DNA of 64,000 nt from an uncultured Clostridia bacterium (GTDB taxonomy: Bacteria > Bacillota > Clostridia > Christensenellales > UBA1242). The position numbers and the translations under genes were made by a program. The DNA is taken from contig CALWEL010000006.1 of the NCBI GenBank assembly GCA_944377305.1, forward strand, positions 2,642-66,641, in the 5' to 3' direction. Positions 29,303-37,935 of this stretch are shown here, piece by piece. The notes beneath the pieces were generated by a model. That model was not told where the DNA came from. It saw nothing but the letters and a program-made list of their open reading frames with translations, and did not search any database. Within the stretch, counting starts at the first letter, position 1. Each line of letters begins with the position of its first letter.

Positions 29303-29321
29303 ATTCATTTGCCAATATGTT
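29293..29321 (+). promoter_or_regulatory. Candidate promoter TTGATT-17-TATGTT inside the repeat region
   Basis: TTGATT at 29293-29298 (in the repeat extension), 17-nt spacer, TATGTT at 29316-29321. The -10 is weak. Confidence 0.3.
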
Positions 29322-29327
29322 GGCAAA

Positions 29328-29500
29328 TTCTTCTCTTCATCAGTTGTTCCTCTCCCCCTCCTCAACTCCGTTTCGTGGGGTCCCCATCTTCAGGGCAAAC
29401 TAACTTTCCCCCTCATTACTCCCCCTTTGTATTTCATAAGTATTGTTAAATGTGATTTGACCTTTATTATCGTTTTTCGGCGAGCGAAAAACTTCTCTTT
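29328..29500 (+). ncRNA. Candidate C-rich small RNA (four C-run motifs plus the element-A hairpin as terminator)
   Basis: CUCCCCCUCCUC, GGGGUCCCCA, UUUCCCCCUCAU and CUCCCCCUUUGU motifs, then GUUUUUCG-GCGAG-CGAAAAAC followed by UUCUCUUUC. Confidence 0.3.
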
Positions 29501-29531
29501 CGGTCAATCATTCGTCTCAACTTGATTCTTT
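29393..29531 (+). repeat. Composite repeat B+A+extension, copy 2 (139 nt)
   Basis: Direct repeat of 29164-29302 with a 229-nt period. Confidence 0.85.
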
Positions 29532-29659
29532 CAATCATTTTATTAATACAATTTATAAATTATTAAAATAACCCCTTTAATATGTTAAAATTTAATATTT
29601 GATTTCATTATAAATACAATAAGAATCGTTCTCAACGCCACTTGAACGCTAAAGCAAAC

Positions 29660-29689
29660 AGCAAAAACTTGCTAACGCGAGTTTTTGCT
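29660..29689 (-). terminator. Orphan terminator-like hairpin, a paralogue of the 29936-29966 terminator
   Basis: AGCAAAAACTTGC-TAAC-GCGAGTTTTTGCT is a 13-bp stem. It shares the core AAAAACTYGC..GCGAGTTTTT with the terminator of the TasA-like gene. Confidence 0.4.
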
Positions 29690-29935
29690 ATCAAAATCAA
29701 AAATTTCTATCATATATTGAAAAAGTGTCAACCGTAATTTGTATTTATTATAAAATATTTAATTTTACTCCAATAAACAAGGAGAAATATTCAGTAGTGT
29801 ATAAATCCATATTAAAATTTTCCGATTGATTGTGATATGTTTATATTTGTAAATTTCTATTATAAGAACTTGCAAATTATGCACATAAGTACATATCTGA
29901 ATCTGTAGCGGTCGACTAGCAAATTAATATAAAAA

Positions 29936-29966
29936 GTATGAAAAAACTCGCATTAGCGAGTTTTTA
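29936..29966 (-). terminator. Intrinsic terminator of the second TasA-like gene
   Basis: AAAAACTCGC-ATTA-GCGAGTTTTT hairpin overlaps the stop codon, with a T-run on the minus strand. Confidence 0.7.
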
Positions 29967-30710
29967 TCCTTGGTCAGGGTCAGGACTATGTGGGAACAAT
30001 AATTTAGCGATTCCGTTAACTGTAGCATCAGTAGCAGTATCACTAGCACTAGCGTCTCCACCATCGTTCCAGTTTTTTGATTGTACTGATCTAGCCTCAA
30101 TAGTAATATTGAGTGTAGCACCCATCAATTTACTATCACTGATGTAATCTGCGCTACCATCTGCTTTAGTTTGATCCCAATTGTCGCCCCCTTTGAAAAT
30201 CAATGCAGCATCAGTGATTTTGATCGTTTGACCTGTAGCTACAGCTGTAGGAGTGGTAGTAGCTGCCAATACAAATACATTTGTATAGTTTTCGTCGGTA
30301 CCTGCTACCCATTTAGATCCTGTGGTTGGCTCAGTTGCTAACAATCCAATTGCAGATGCCAGTGATGTACCAGCCAAATCCAATTCTTCATCATTAGCAT
30401 CAGTCGCTTTAATCGTTACTTTAATTGCTATGTACGAATCTGTACCAACAGATGTCGTAGTCAAAGTCAAAGGACCAGTGGTCAATGCATCACCCGGAAC
30501 TACGTTTGTTAATCCCGTTTCGAAAGTTGCGTCATCATTAGCTTCCAACTTGATACTACCAGTGGTAAACTCACCAGTAGATTTCTTAGTAGCAGTAGCA
30601 GTAAAGTAAGCGTAAGTGCCACCGAAGGCAAGCATAGCGACCATAACAACTGCCATTATAATGATGGCAAAAGTTGACTTGGACATTTTCTTTTTCTTAG
30701 TTTTTGTCAT
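29964..30710 (-). CDS. TasA/camelysin-like secreted protein with a SipW-dependent-type signal peptide
   Basis: KKKKMSKSTFAIIIMAVVMVAMLAFGGTYAYFTATAT..TGSIKL..VVPGD matches the SipW-cognate signal and the TasA/CalY N-terminal pattern. Thr/Ala/Gly-rich, and visibly G+C-richer than its neighbours. Confidence 0.7.
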   Translation of the reverse strand: MTKTKKKKMSKSTFAIIIMAVVMVAMLAFGGTYAYFTATATKKSTGEFTTGSIKLEANDDATFETGLTNVVPGDALTTGPLTLTTTSVGTDSYIAIKVTIKATDANDEELDLAGTSLASAIGLLATEPTTGSKWVAGTDENYTNVFVLAATTTPTAVATGQTIKITDAALIFKGGDNWDQTKADGSADYISDSKLMGATLNITIEARSVQSKNWNDGGDASASDTATDATVNGIAKLLFPHSPDPDQG

Positions 30711-31196
30711 TTTTTACCCCTTATAAAATTTTTATGGTTTTCGACTAACCATTGTCCTTTCGGACAGATTTCATTATTTACAAATTGAATCGCAAACATT
30801 TTGAAATCTTATTCGAATATGTCAATGCATTTAACATATTCAATGTTTGGAATACCAAACAAATTTGCAAATTTATTTGTGAGTTTTCACTCTAAACATC
30901 CTACATCGACAATCGGATATTTATAATTTAATTGTAGGAAATTAAAATTTATAAGTCAACCATTTTAAGGGAATTTTGCAAAATAAATTAATTATTATCA
31001 ACAAATATTGAAAAAAATCGTGAAATTCCAGTAAATACTTATTTATAAGTCATCCGCAATAAAATAAACTAATAAAATCTAATTTAATATATCAAATTCA
31101 CAAAATAAAAAAGAAAATTTAAAATCTTCTTTTTGATAAATTTCTAATTTTCAGTTTTTATCTTTTCATTATATAAATTGAAAGCAATACAATATC

Positions 31197-32327
31197 CTAA
31201 TCTAGACGCGAGGATATGTATGCGCTTGAATTATCTGTCAATGCAAAAGACAACTCTTCAATCACTTTATTCACATCCTGAATGAACATTTTATCATAGT
31301 TTTTGCAAGCTTTTGCCACCTCTGTACAAAAAGTTTTGTATTTCTTCCCGCGCAAATATACGTCTATGTCATCCCCATAAGATGAGTCTTGAAATATGTT
31401 CCATCCACCAGATTCTTTCCACTCTGCACCAATTCTTTTTATTTCGTAAATAGTTCGCTGAATGTCATCAAAATAGTGATAAAAATTCATTATATACTTA
31501 GCTTCTCTATTTTCACTTTTCATTTGAAATAATTTTGGTCTAATTGAAGATAAAATTCCCTGACATTGCTTAGCAGTAATTCCACCTAAACTTCTCACTA
31601 TATCATCATAAACCCTTGAGATATCTACGTCTTTATATAGATAATGTCCTTGATTTTCCATAAAAGTCGGACGCAGGTATATCCTAAAATTTCGTTCTAA
31701 TATTTTGCAACCACGATAAATACGCAATAAGTCAAGCTGATTGCCTTGGTCTAGATCCTTGTACACCGCTTTGAAGCGAAGCGAATTTTTCAATGGAATA
31801 TCAATCGAATGATTGAGAATATGATACATTAACCAAGTTCTCACTGCATAATTTTGCAAATTTTCCAGACGCTTGTGCTTGTTTATCTTGGCTTGCACCG
31901 TCCTATTGTTGCGTGCAAATTGTGAAACCAAGTTTTTCTCTGAATTATCTAAATTTTTCGCAAGCAGGTCTATGTCCTGCTCAGTGTTTGACTGCAATAT
32001 ATATTCTGGCAGTTGCAATTCATCTATGTTCTGAGAATATTTAGTATAAAATCTATATGCAACGCTAGAAAACATAGTTCGTACGGTATTTGCGTATTGT
32101 CCATATCTTAGCCAATCGTAAGCTTCAGAATCAGTCCTAGCACTATTTTGCTTGTCTCTAAAATATTGCGGATCAAATTCGGGCGGAATCGACACAGGAT
32201 TTTCTTCCTTTGACTGTTTGAGCATTGATCCCTGTATTGATTCTGAATAGTGATCCCATCTTTCAGGTTTTATATACTCGCCAGTTTCTTCATCTCGCTC
32301 TCCGCTACTATAATATGCAAAACTCAT
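31197..32327 (-). CDS. Hypothetical 376-aa protein
   Basis: ORF with a strong SD (AAGGAG), 20 nt downstream of mnmA. No family recognised. Confidence 0.55.
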   Translation of the reverse strand: MSFAYYSSGERDEETGEYIKPERWDHYSESIQGSMLKQSKEENPVSIPPEFDPQYFRDKQNSARTDSEAYDWLRYGQYANTVRTMFSSVAYRFYTKYSQNIDELQLPEYILQSNTEQDIDLLAKNLDNSEKNLVSQFARNNRTVQAKINKHKRLENLQNYAVRTWLMYHILNHSIDIPLKNSLRFKAVYKDLDQGNQLDLLRIYRGCKILERNFRIYLRPTFMENQGHYLYKDVDISRVYDDIVRSLGGITAKQCQGILSSIRPKLFQMKSENREAKYIMNFYHYFDDIQRTIYEIKRIGAEWKESGGWNIFQDSSYGDDIDVYLRGKKYKTFCTEVAKACKNYDKMFIQDVNKVIEELSFALTDNSSAYISSRLD

Positions 32328-32347
32328 ACCATCTCCTTTATAAATAC

Positions 32348-33427
32348 TTATCTTATGATCACGTCAATTTTTCCGCCACCATAGCACATTCCATCCTCAT
32401 CATATAGTACTGCAAACTGACCCAACGTCACAGACCTCTGTTTGATATCAAACATCAATTCTATCGTGGAGTCATCTATTATCTTCAGGTGGACTTTTTG
32501 ATCAGGCTGGCGATATCTCAATTTTGCATACACGGTGCAGGGCTCAGTCAATTTGTCAGTTATCCAATTGAACTCACGCACTATGCACCCACGCGAATAC
32601 ATTTCTTCGCATTCTCCACAATTCACAATCAAAGTATTCGTCTTGACATCCTTATCTACAACAAACCATCTAGCATTTTCATATCCATCTTTTCCGCCAA
32701 TATTTAATCCTCGCCTTTGACCTATAGTGTAGTACATCACTCCATCGTGCTCACCTACAACATTGCCTTTCAGATCAACAATTTTTCCTTTGCTTGCTGG
32801 TAGATAATTCTTCAAAAACTGTCTGAAATTCCTCTCTCCTATGAAACATATACCTGTGCTGTCCTTCTTCTCTGCGGTGACTAAACCTAATTCTTTTGCA
32901 ATCTTTCTAACCTCTGATTTGTCTATGTCCGCCAGCGGAAATAACGCATATTTCAATTGCTCCTGACTCAATTGATTGAGAAAATATGTCTGATCTTTAT
33001 TTTTGTCGTGGGATTTGTATAAATATACCTTGCCATCTCTATCCACACGTTTGCAGTAATGTCCTGTAGCAATGTAGTCCGCACCCAATTCTAGTGCATA
33101 TTTTAGGAATGGTCCGAATTTGATCTCTTTATTGCACAGAACGTCTGGATTGGGAGTCCTTCCCCGGCTGTATTCTTCTAGAAAGTATTTGAAAACCCTA
33201 TCCTGATATTGCTTGGCATAATTGACTGTATAATATGGAATGCCAATTTTGTTCGCCACTCGTTTCACATCCTCAAAATCTTGCTCCGCTGTGCAATATC
33301 CATTTTCATCCTTTTCTTCCCAATTGAGCATAAAAAGTCCTACGACATTGTATCCTTGCTTCTTCAACAAATATGCCGCTACAGATGAATCTACTCCTCC
33401 ACTCAATCCTACAACAACAGTTTTCAT
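32348..33427 (-). CDS. mnmA: tRNA 2-thiouridine(34) synthase MnmA
   Basis: VVGLSGGVDSSVAAYLLK PP-loop, and NPDVLCN and TGICF motifs. Confidence 0.93.
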   Translation of the reverse strand: MKTVVVGLSGGVDSSVAAYLLKKQGYNVVGLFMLNWEEKDENGYCTAEQDFEDVKRVANKIGIPYYTVNYAKQYQDRVFKYFLEEYSRGRTPNPDVLCNKEIKFGPFLKYALELGADYIATGHYCKRVDRDGKVYLYKSHDKNKDQTYFLNQLSQEQLKYALFPLADIDKSEVRKIAKELGLVTAEKKDSTGICFIGERNFRQFLKNYLPASKGKIVDLKGNVVGEHDGVMYYTIGQRRGLNIGGKDGYENARWFVVDKDVKTNTLIVNCGECEEMYSRGCIVREFNWITDKLTEPCTVYAKLRYRQPDQKVHLKIIDDSTIELMFDIKQRSVTLGQFAVLYDEDGMCYGGGKIDVIIR

Positions 33428-33614
33428 ATATTTTTTTACCTCAATTTTTAGACTAACTTTTTTGTAAAATTATCATTTGGTCAAGTTTATTAAATATCCA
33501 TCTAAGTTGATATTTAAAACTAAATCACTATTTTTTTGATAGACGCTGTTTTCAAATCAATAATTCATATTAAGGATATCTTCCATAAATTGAATTATCC
33601 TATAAATAATCATT

Positions 33615-34088
33615 TTATCTAGGTAGACTTACTGGTATTTTGAATTTATTTAGTGCAACTTTAAATATATCAATTATCCACAAGAAAATCACAATTCCCC
33701 AAATCAATACCAAAAAGGTAAATATCTCCCACAATTCACCACTTGGCTCGATTCTCAATATCCCAGTGATGATTGCATTGACTATACCTACTATAAAGAA
33801 TATAGTGAAAAACACACCGCGTTTCGTCCTGCCAACATAATAGTTGTGCATTCCGATGAATCCAAAAAATATCGTCAACAATAGCAATTTCCATCTAGCA
33901 ATATCACTAGGACAGCCTGATCTGTATACTACACGATCGTATTCTCTTTGCTTTAATGCTCTCTTACCCTCTATATTGGTGGCTTGCTCAAATTTTGAAT
34001 AATTTAGCCTACACTTTGGACAGGTCATTATCTCTTTTGGCATTTTGAAATTGCATCTTGGACAACGTTTGTTTTCAAATATAATCAT
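33615..34088 (-). CDS. TM2-domain membrane protein with an N-terminal zinc ribbon
   Basis: CPRCN..CPKC ribbon, and FFGFIGMHNYYVGRTKRG, a TM2 motif. Confidence 0.7.
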   Translation of the reverse strand: MIIFENKRCPRCNFKMPKEIMTCPKCRLNYSKFEQATNIEGKRALKQREYDRVVYRSGCPSDIARWKLLLLTIFFGFIGMHNYYVGRTKRGVFFTIFFIVGIVNAIITGILRIEPSGELWEIFTFLVLIWGIVIFLWIIDIFKVALNKFKIPVSLPR

Positions 34089-34195
34089 ACATTCATTATA
34101 TCATATAGATCAATATTTGTAAAGACTAGAAAAGTTTTTATATCACTAGATTTTTTTTTAATTTTATTGTACACTATAAGAATAGGAGATATATT

Positions 34196-34618
34196 ATGAT
34201 TATTATTTCGTGTGACCACGCAGGATACGATTATGCTCAAAAACTGATGGCGTATTTTGATAAAACTCAGATAGAATATAATTATATGGGACCAGCAGTT
34301 TATAATAAAGATGATGACTATCCTGATTTTATTCAGCCAGCTAGCGAAGAAGTGCTGAAAGATAAAAATAATTGGGGAATCTTCATCTGCGGTAGCGGAA
34401 TAGGTGCAAACATTGTTGCCAATCGCAATAAGGGCATTCGAGCAGTGTGTGCATACGACTATGCAGTCGCATATCTTGCTAGAAAAGATGAGGATGCAAA
34501 TGTGCTAACTTTAGGTAGTAGGCTCACCTCTTTTAGATCAGCATTGAAGATCGTGAAAGTGTTTTTGACTAGCGAATTTGAGGGAGGTAGACATTCTAGA
34601 CGTATTGCTAAATATTGA
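34196..34618 (+). CDS. rpiB: RpiB/LacA/LacB-family sugar-phosphate isomerase
   Basis: IIISCDHAGY and ICGSGIGANIVANR motifs. Confidence 0.85.
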   Translation: MIIISCDHAGYDYAQKLMAYFDKTQIEYNYMGPAVYNKDDDYPDFIQPASEEVLKDKNNWGIFICGSGIGANIVANRNKGIRAVCAYDYAVAYLARKDEDANVLTLGSRLTSFRSALKIVKVFLTSEFEGGRHSRRIAKY

Positions 34619-34729
34619 TAATAAATTTTTTAAAAAATAAAATATTTTAAATTATTTTCAATCATAAAATCTCAATTTGATCAAGAATAAATGTCTATAT
34701 TGAATTGTCCTAATTTGATTATTTTGCCA

Positions 34730-35590
34730 CTATCTAAATTTCGGAGTATATTTAGAATCCGCACTAGACAGATCTTGCACATAAGCATTTTTGAGCCCCA
34801 ATTTGAGAGCATAATTGACCACGCGCTTATATTCAATGGGTTTGATCTTTCGATTAATTTCGAAATACTGCTTCGCGTCATATCTAGGTTCATATTGGCT
34901 CATAATGCTAACGATACTATCTTTCCCTAAATTGTTTGCGACAAACTCCAAACACTTCACACTGTCTGATGTGTGCGTTGGCAAAATTAGGTGGCGGATA
35001 ATAATGCCCTTTTTCATAAGGCCATTTTCTATTATATCTTTTGGCTGAATCGATTTCATCTTGATCAGGGCTTTTGTAGAATTTTCCACATAATCTTTCG
35101 CTCCACTATATTTAAGTGCGAGTGAATTGTCAGAATATTTGAAATCTACTAGAAAAATATCCACGAGTCCACGTAGCATCTCCAACATCTCTTCGTTTTC
35201 ATAACCATTTGAATTCCAAACTATCGGAATTTTTGGCTTATATACCTTAAGAGCAGAAACTATGCTAAAAGCATATTGCGTAGGTGACACTAGATTTATA
35301 TTATGTGCACCCCTTCTTTCCAACTTTTTAATCATATCAATGAATTCAGATATTGTGACAAATTTGCCCTTTCCGCCCTGGCTAATGGGATAATTTTGGC
35401 AAAAAACGCACTTCAGATTGCACCCAGAAAAGAAGATTGCTCCGCTTCCTCTATTTGATCCACTAATTATCGGTTCTTCATACTTATGTAACATTACCTT
35501 CGCTATCTTCAATTCGTCAGTTTGACCACAAAATCCTATATCTTTTTTTCGGTCTATATTGCACTTTCTTGGACATAAATTACATTTCAT
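34730..35590 (-). CDS. Radical SAM protein, PflA/PflX-like activase family
   Basis: CNLKCVFCQN radical SAM cluster motif and an N-terminal CNLCPRKC motif. Confidence 0.8.
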   Translation of the reverse strand: MKCNLCPRKCNIDRKKDIGFCGQTDELKIAKVMLHKYEEPIISGSNRGSGAIFFSGCNLKCVFCQNYPISQGGKGKFVTISEFIDMIKKLERRGAHNINLVSPTQYAFSIVSALKVYKPKIPIVWNSNGYENEEMLEMLRGLVDIFLVDFKYSDNSLALKYSGAKDYVENSTKALIKMKSIQPKDIIENGLMKKGIIIRHLILPTHTSDSVKCLEFVANNLGKDSIVSIMSQYEPRYDAKQYFEINRKIKPIEYKRVVNYALKLGLKNAYVQDLSSADSKYTPKFR

Positions 35591-35676
35591 ATTATGAGTT
35601 TAATTTGTAATTTTAGTTTTGTCAACTATGTTCTAATAAAGATGACTTGTACATATAATGAATTGAGGTAATTGAT

Positions 35677-36363
35677 ATGAAAAAGAAAATTTTAATGTTT
35701 TTGTTGCTTGCTGTAGGTCTAATCTCATTTTCTGCCTGCGGTAGCACCAAGATAGACTTGTCTCAATATTTGATTGAAAAGCGTACAACACTATACACCG
35801 CTGAAGATGAGTTATATTCTGTCACATTCTCCTCTGGAACGCGCGAGCAAGATTACGAATTGGACGGAATAGTTGGAGAAATGGTTGATTTTGGTATTGT
35901 CACTCTATCAAGACTAGACAATGCTCCCCTTGCCGATGATACATATACTTATACAGTGCAGATCAATGATCAAACATATACAGGATTTTTAGAAAAAAGC
36001 AGTATTGACAATTCATATTTGGCAGATATAGGCGCCTGTGCTCCAGCAGATGCCATAGTTAAAATTCAAATTACTTTCACTGGTTATAGTTTCAATGAAG
36101 AACTTAGCAACACCTCAAATCTATTCAGTGTGGACGTGAATAGAGCGATTGAGATAGCTAATGAAAGCTTGAAAGAAGAATTAAATAACATAACTTCAGA
36201 CAAAAATAATAAAATTGAAGTAGTTGTTAAAAATCTAAAAGATTATTCAAATAGTGAAGTAAAAAATTATTATTGGTATGTAGGCGTGATATCTACAAAT
36301 GGTGATACATTAGGAATTTTAATAGACGCATCGACAGGCGATGTGATTGCAAAAAAAGTTTAG
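35677..36363 (+). CDS. Lipoprotein
   Basis: Signal peptide with lipobox FSAC-G. 228 aa. Confidence 0.65.
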   Translation: MKKKILMFLLLAVGLISFSACGSTKIDLSQYLIEKRTTLYTAEDELYSVTFSSGTREQDYELDGIVGEMVDFGIVTLSRLDNAPLADDTYTYTVQINDQTYTGFLEKSSIDNSYLADIGACAPADAIVKIQITFTGYSFNEELSNTSNLFSVDVNRAIEIANESLKEELNNITSDKNNKIEVVVKNLKDYSNSEVKNYYWYVGVISTNGDTLGILIDASTGDVIAKKV

Positions 36364-36371
36364 ATTCTCAT

Positions 36372-36797
36372 CTAAACTTTTTTGTAATTTGGAATTAAAT
36401 GCTTATATTTATTTACAAAATTAAAGGCGTCAAAAATCGCTTTTTCTTTGTTCGGAGAAGCTAAAATTGCTATCATTTTTTCTATAAAATTAATACCATC
36501 AAATTTTACACAACTCAAATAATAGGGTGCAATATTGATTTTTATGTCTAAGATTCGAACAATCACCTCTGCTGTAAGAGTTGAAAAAATACTAAAAAAT
36601 TCATTTCTATAATTGTATGTACATTTTATCCCCAAGACTTTGCATAGTTTCGCTACACATATTTCTTTGATCATCTCCTCCTTCGTCTTACTGAACAAAA
36701 TAGGTTTTTCTATGTTCATAAACTGGCAAACTTTATCTACAATCTCCCTAATCGATCGTGTATTATTTCTATCTATTTCACAAATTACATTATTCAT
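36372..36797 (-). CDS. Hypothetical 141-aa protein under a GTAC-box promoter
   Basis: The ATG lies 8 nt after a TATATT -10 element, which is leaderless geometry. No family recognised. Confidence 0.5.
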   Translation of the reverse strand: MNNVICEIDRNNTRSIREIVDKVCQFMNIEKPILFSKTKEEMIKEICVAKLCKVLGIKCTYNYRNEFFSIFSTLTAEVIVRILDIKINIAPYYLSCVKFDGINFIEKMIAILASPNKEKAIFDAFNFVNKYKHLIPNYKKV

Positions 36798-36805
36798 ACT
36801 TTTTA

Positions 36806-36852
36806 AATATAAAATAATTTTGTACAGAAGTCAAATAATTTTGTACAAAAAT
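36806..36852 (-). promoter_or_regulatory. GTAC-palindrome operator module plus promoter (TTGACT-17-TATATT)
   Basis: On the minus strand: AATTTTGTACAAAAAT (GTAC at 36843-36846), 8 nt, -35 TTGACT at 36834..36829, a second box TTCTGTACAAAAT inside the spacer (GTAC at 36822-36825), and -10 TATATT at 36811..36806. Confidence 0.5.
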
Positions 36853-36864
36853 ATCTTATTATAT

Positions 36865-37206
36865 TTAAATAATTGACATTTTTGACAAAAGAGTATGTTC
36901 CTGCTCATATCTAATTTTCATTTCTTTATACTTTTCACTTAGATCAAATATGTATTTTTGCTTTCCTTCTAAAGATAATGTATTATAATATTTGTTATCT
37001 ATTAACTCTTTTATAGGATTGATCACAATTTCATCTCGTGATAAAATTTTGCACACTCGTTCATATAATTCCTGATCATACACATTGAAACTGACTTTTG
37101 AATATGGGATCTGATTAAATATTGATTTTTCTCTATTATAATTTCTCATACGTGACTTGGCATCTCGTGCCATAAAATACAATTTACCTTTGATTTTTTT
37201 TCTCAT
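36865..37206 (-). CDS. Hypothetical 113-aa basic protein
   Basis: The start was chosen at MRKKIKGK because a GGGGGA SD precedes it. No family recognised. Confidence 0.5.
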   Translation of the reverse strand: MRKKIKGKLYFMARDAKSRMRNYNREKSIFNQIPYSKVSFNVYDQELYERVCKILSRDEIVINPIKELIDNKYYNTLSLEGKQKYIFDLSEKYKEMKIRYEQEHTLLSKMSII

Positions 37207-37440
37207 CTTTGTTTCCCCCACAATTTAGGATACTAGATAAAAAGATATATTCAAAACAAAATGGATGAATAACTTTGTCTTTTTTTGTCAAATTTAGAAA
37301 TATAATACACTAATAAGGGTATTTTCCAAAATATAAAAAAATAAGCAATTTGAATCACCATAATAAGAAAATTACTTTAATATTCATAATTAAAATAATT
37401 GAGTAAACAGTACAAATAAATTTTAATTATAATTTGTTAA

Positions 37441-37471
37441 AAAAATAAAAAGATGTAGATATTCTACATCT
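37441..37471 (-). terminator. Intrinsic terminator
   Basis: AGATGTAGA-TAT-TCTACATCT hairpin followed by TTTTATTTTT on the minus strand. Confidence 0.75.
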
Positions 37472-37473
37472 AA

Positions 37474-37923
37474 TTATTCCTTAAATTCGTGACCACATTT
37501 TTCGCAAAATGCAGCCGCTCCACTGTTTTTCGTTTTACAATTCGGACACTCTTTTAGTCCTAAACCTGTTTGTTGTTTAGCACCGCAATGCTCACAATAT
37601 TCTGCTTTTTTCGTAATTACTCTACCACATTTATCACACAATCTAGTGTTTGCAATTCCTTTTGCTTTGTTGCCATCGCGTACGCTCTTTGATGATCCTA
37701 TTAAACTAAAAGAAAACAATATTAAGAAAATACCTAAAATAGCCAATAATAAACCAACAATACTAGCAACCGTAATAATCACATATTTTGACCAGTGAGA
37801 CATATGCATAACGGCATAAATGCCACCATATATTGCACCTCCTGCCAAAGCAAGAATGACCAAAGCGATTAGAACGAATGTAAATTTGCCATATCTTTTT
37901 TCTCTATAACTAAACAATCCCAT
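37474..37923 (-). CDS. Membrane protein with C-terminal double zinc ribbon
   Basis: Two or three TM segments, then CDKCG..CEHCG and CPNC..CEKCG. Confidence 0.65.
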   Translation of the reverse strand: MGLFSYREKRYGKFTFVLIALVILALAGGAIYGGIYAVMHMSHWSKYVIITVASIVGLLLAILGIFLILFSFSLIGSSKSVRDGNKAKGIANTRLCDKCGRVITKKAEYCEHCGAKQQTGLGLKECPNCKTKNSGAAAFCEKCGHEFKE

Positions 37924-37935
37924 AATTCACCTACT

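Noticed and set aside
29091-29531. Possible CRISPR array, because direct repeats are separated by unique sequence.
   Set aside because: There are only 2-3 copies. The repeat units are 58 and 139 nt, far longer than CRISPR repeats. Spacing is irregular, and no cas genes occur in the window.
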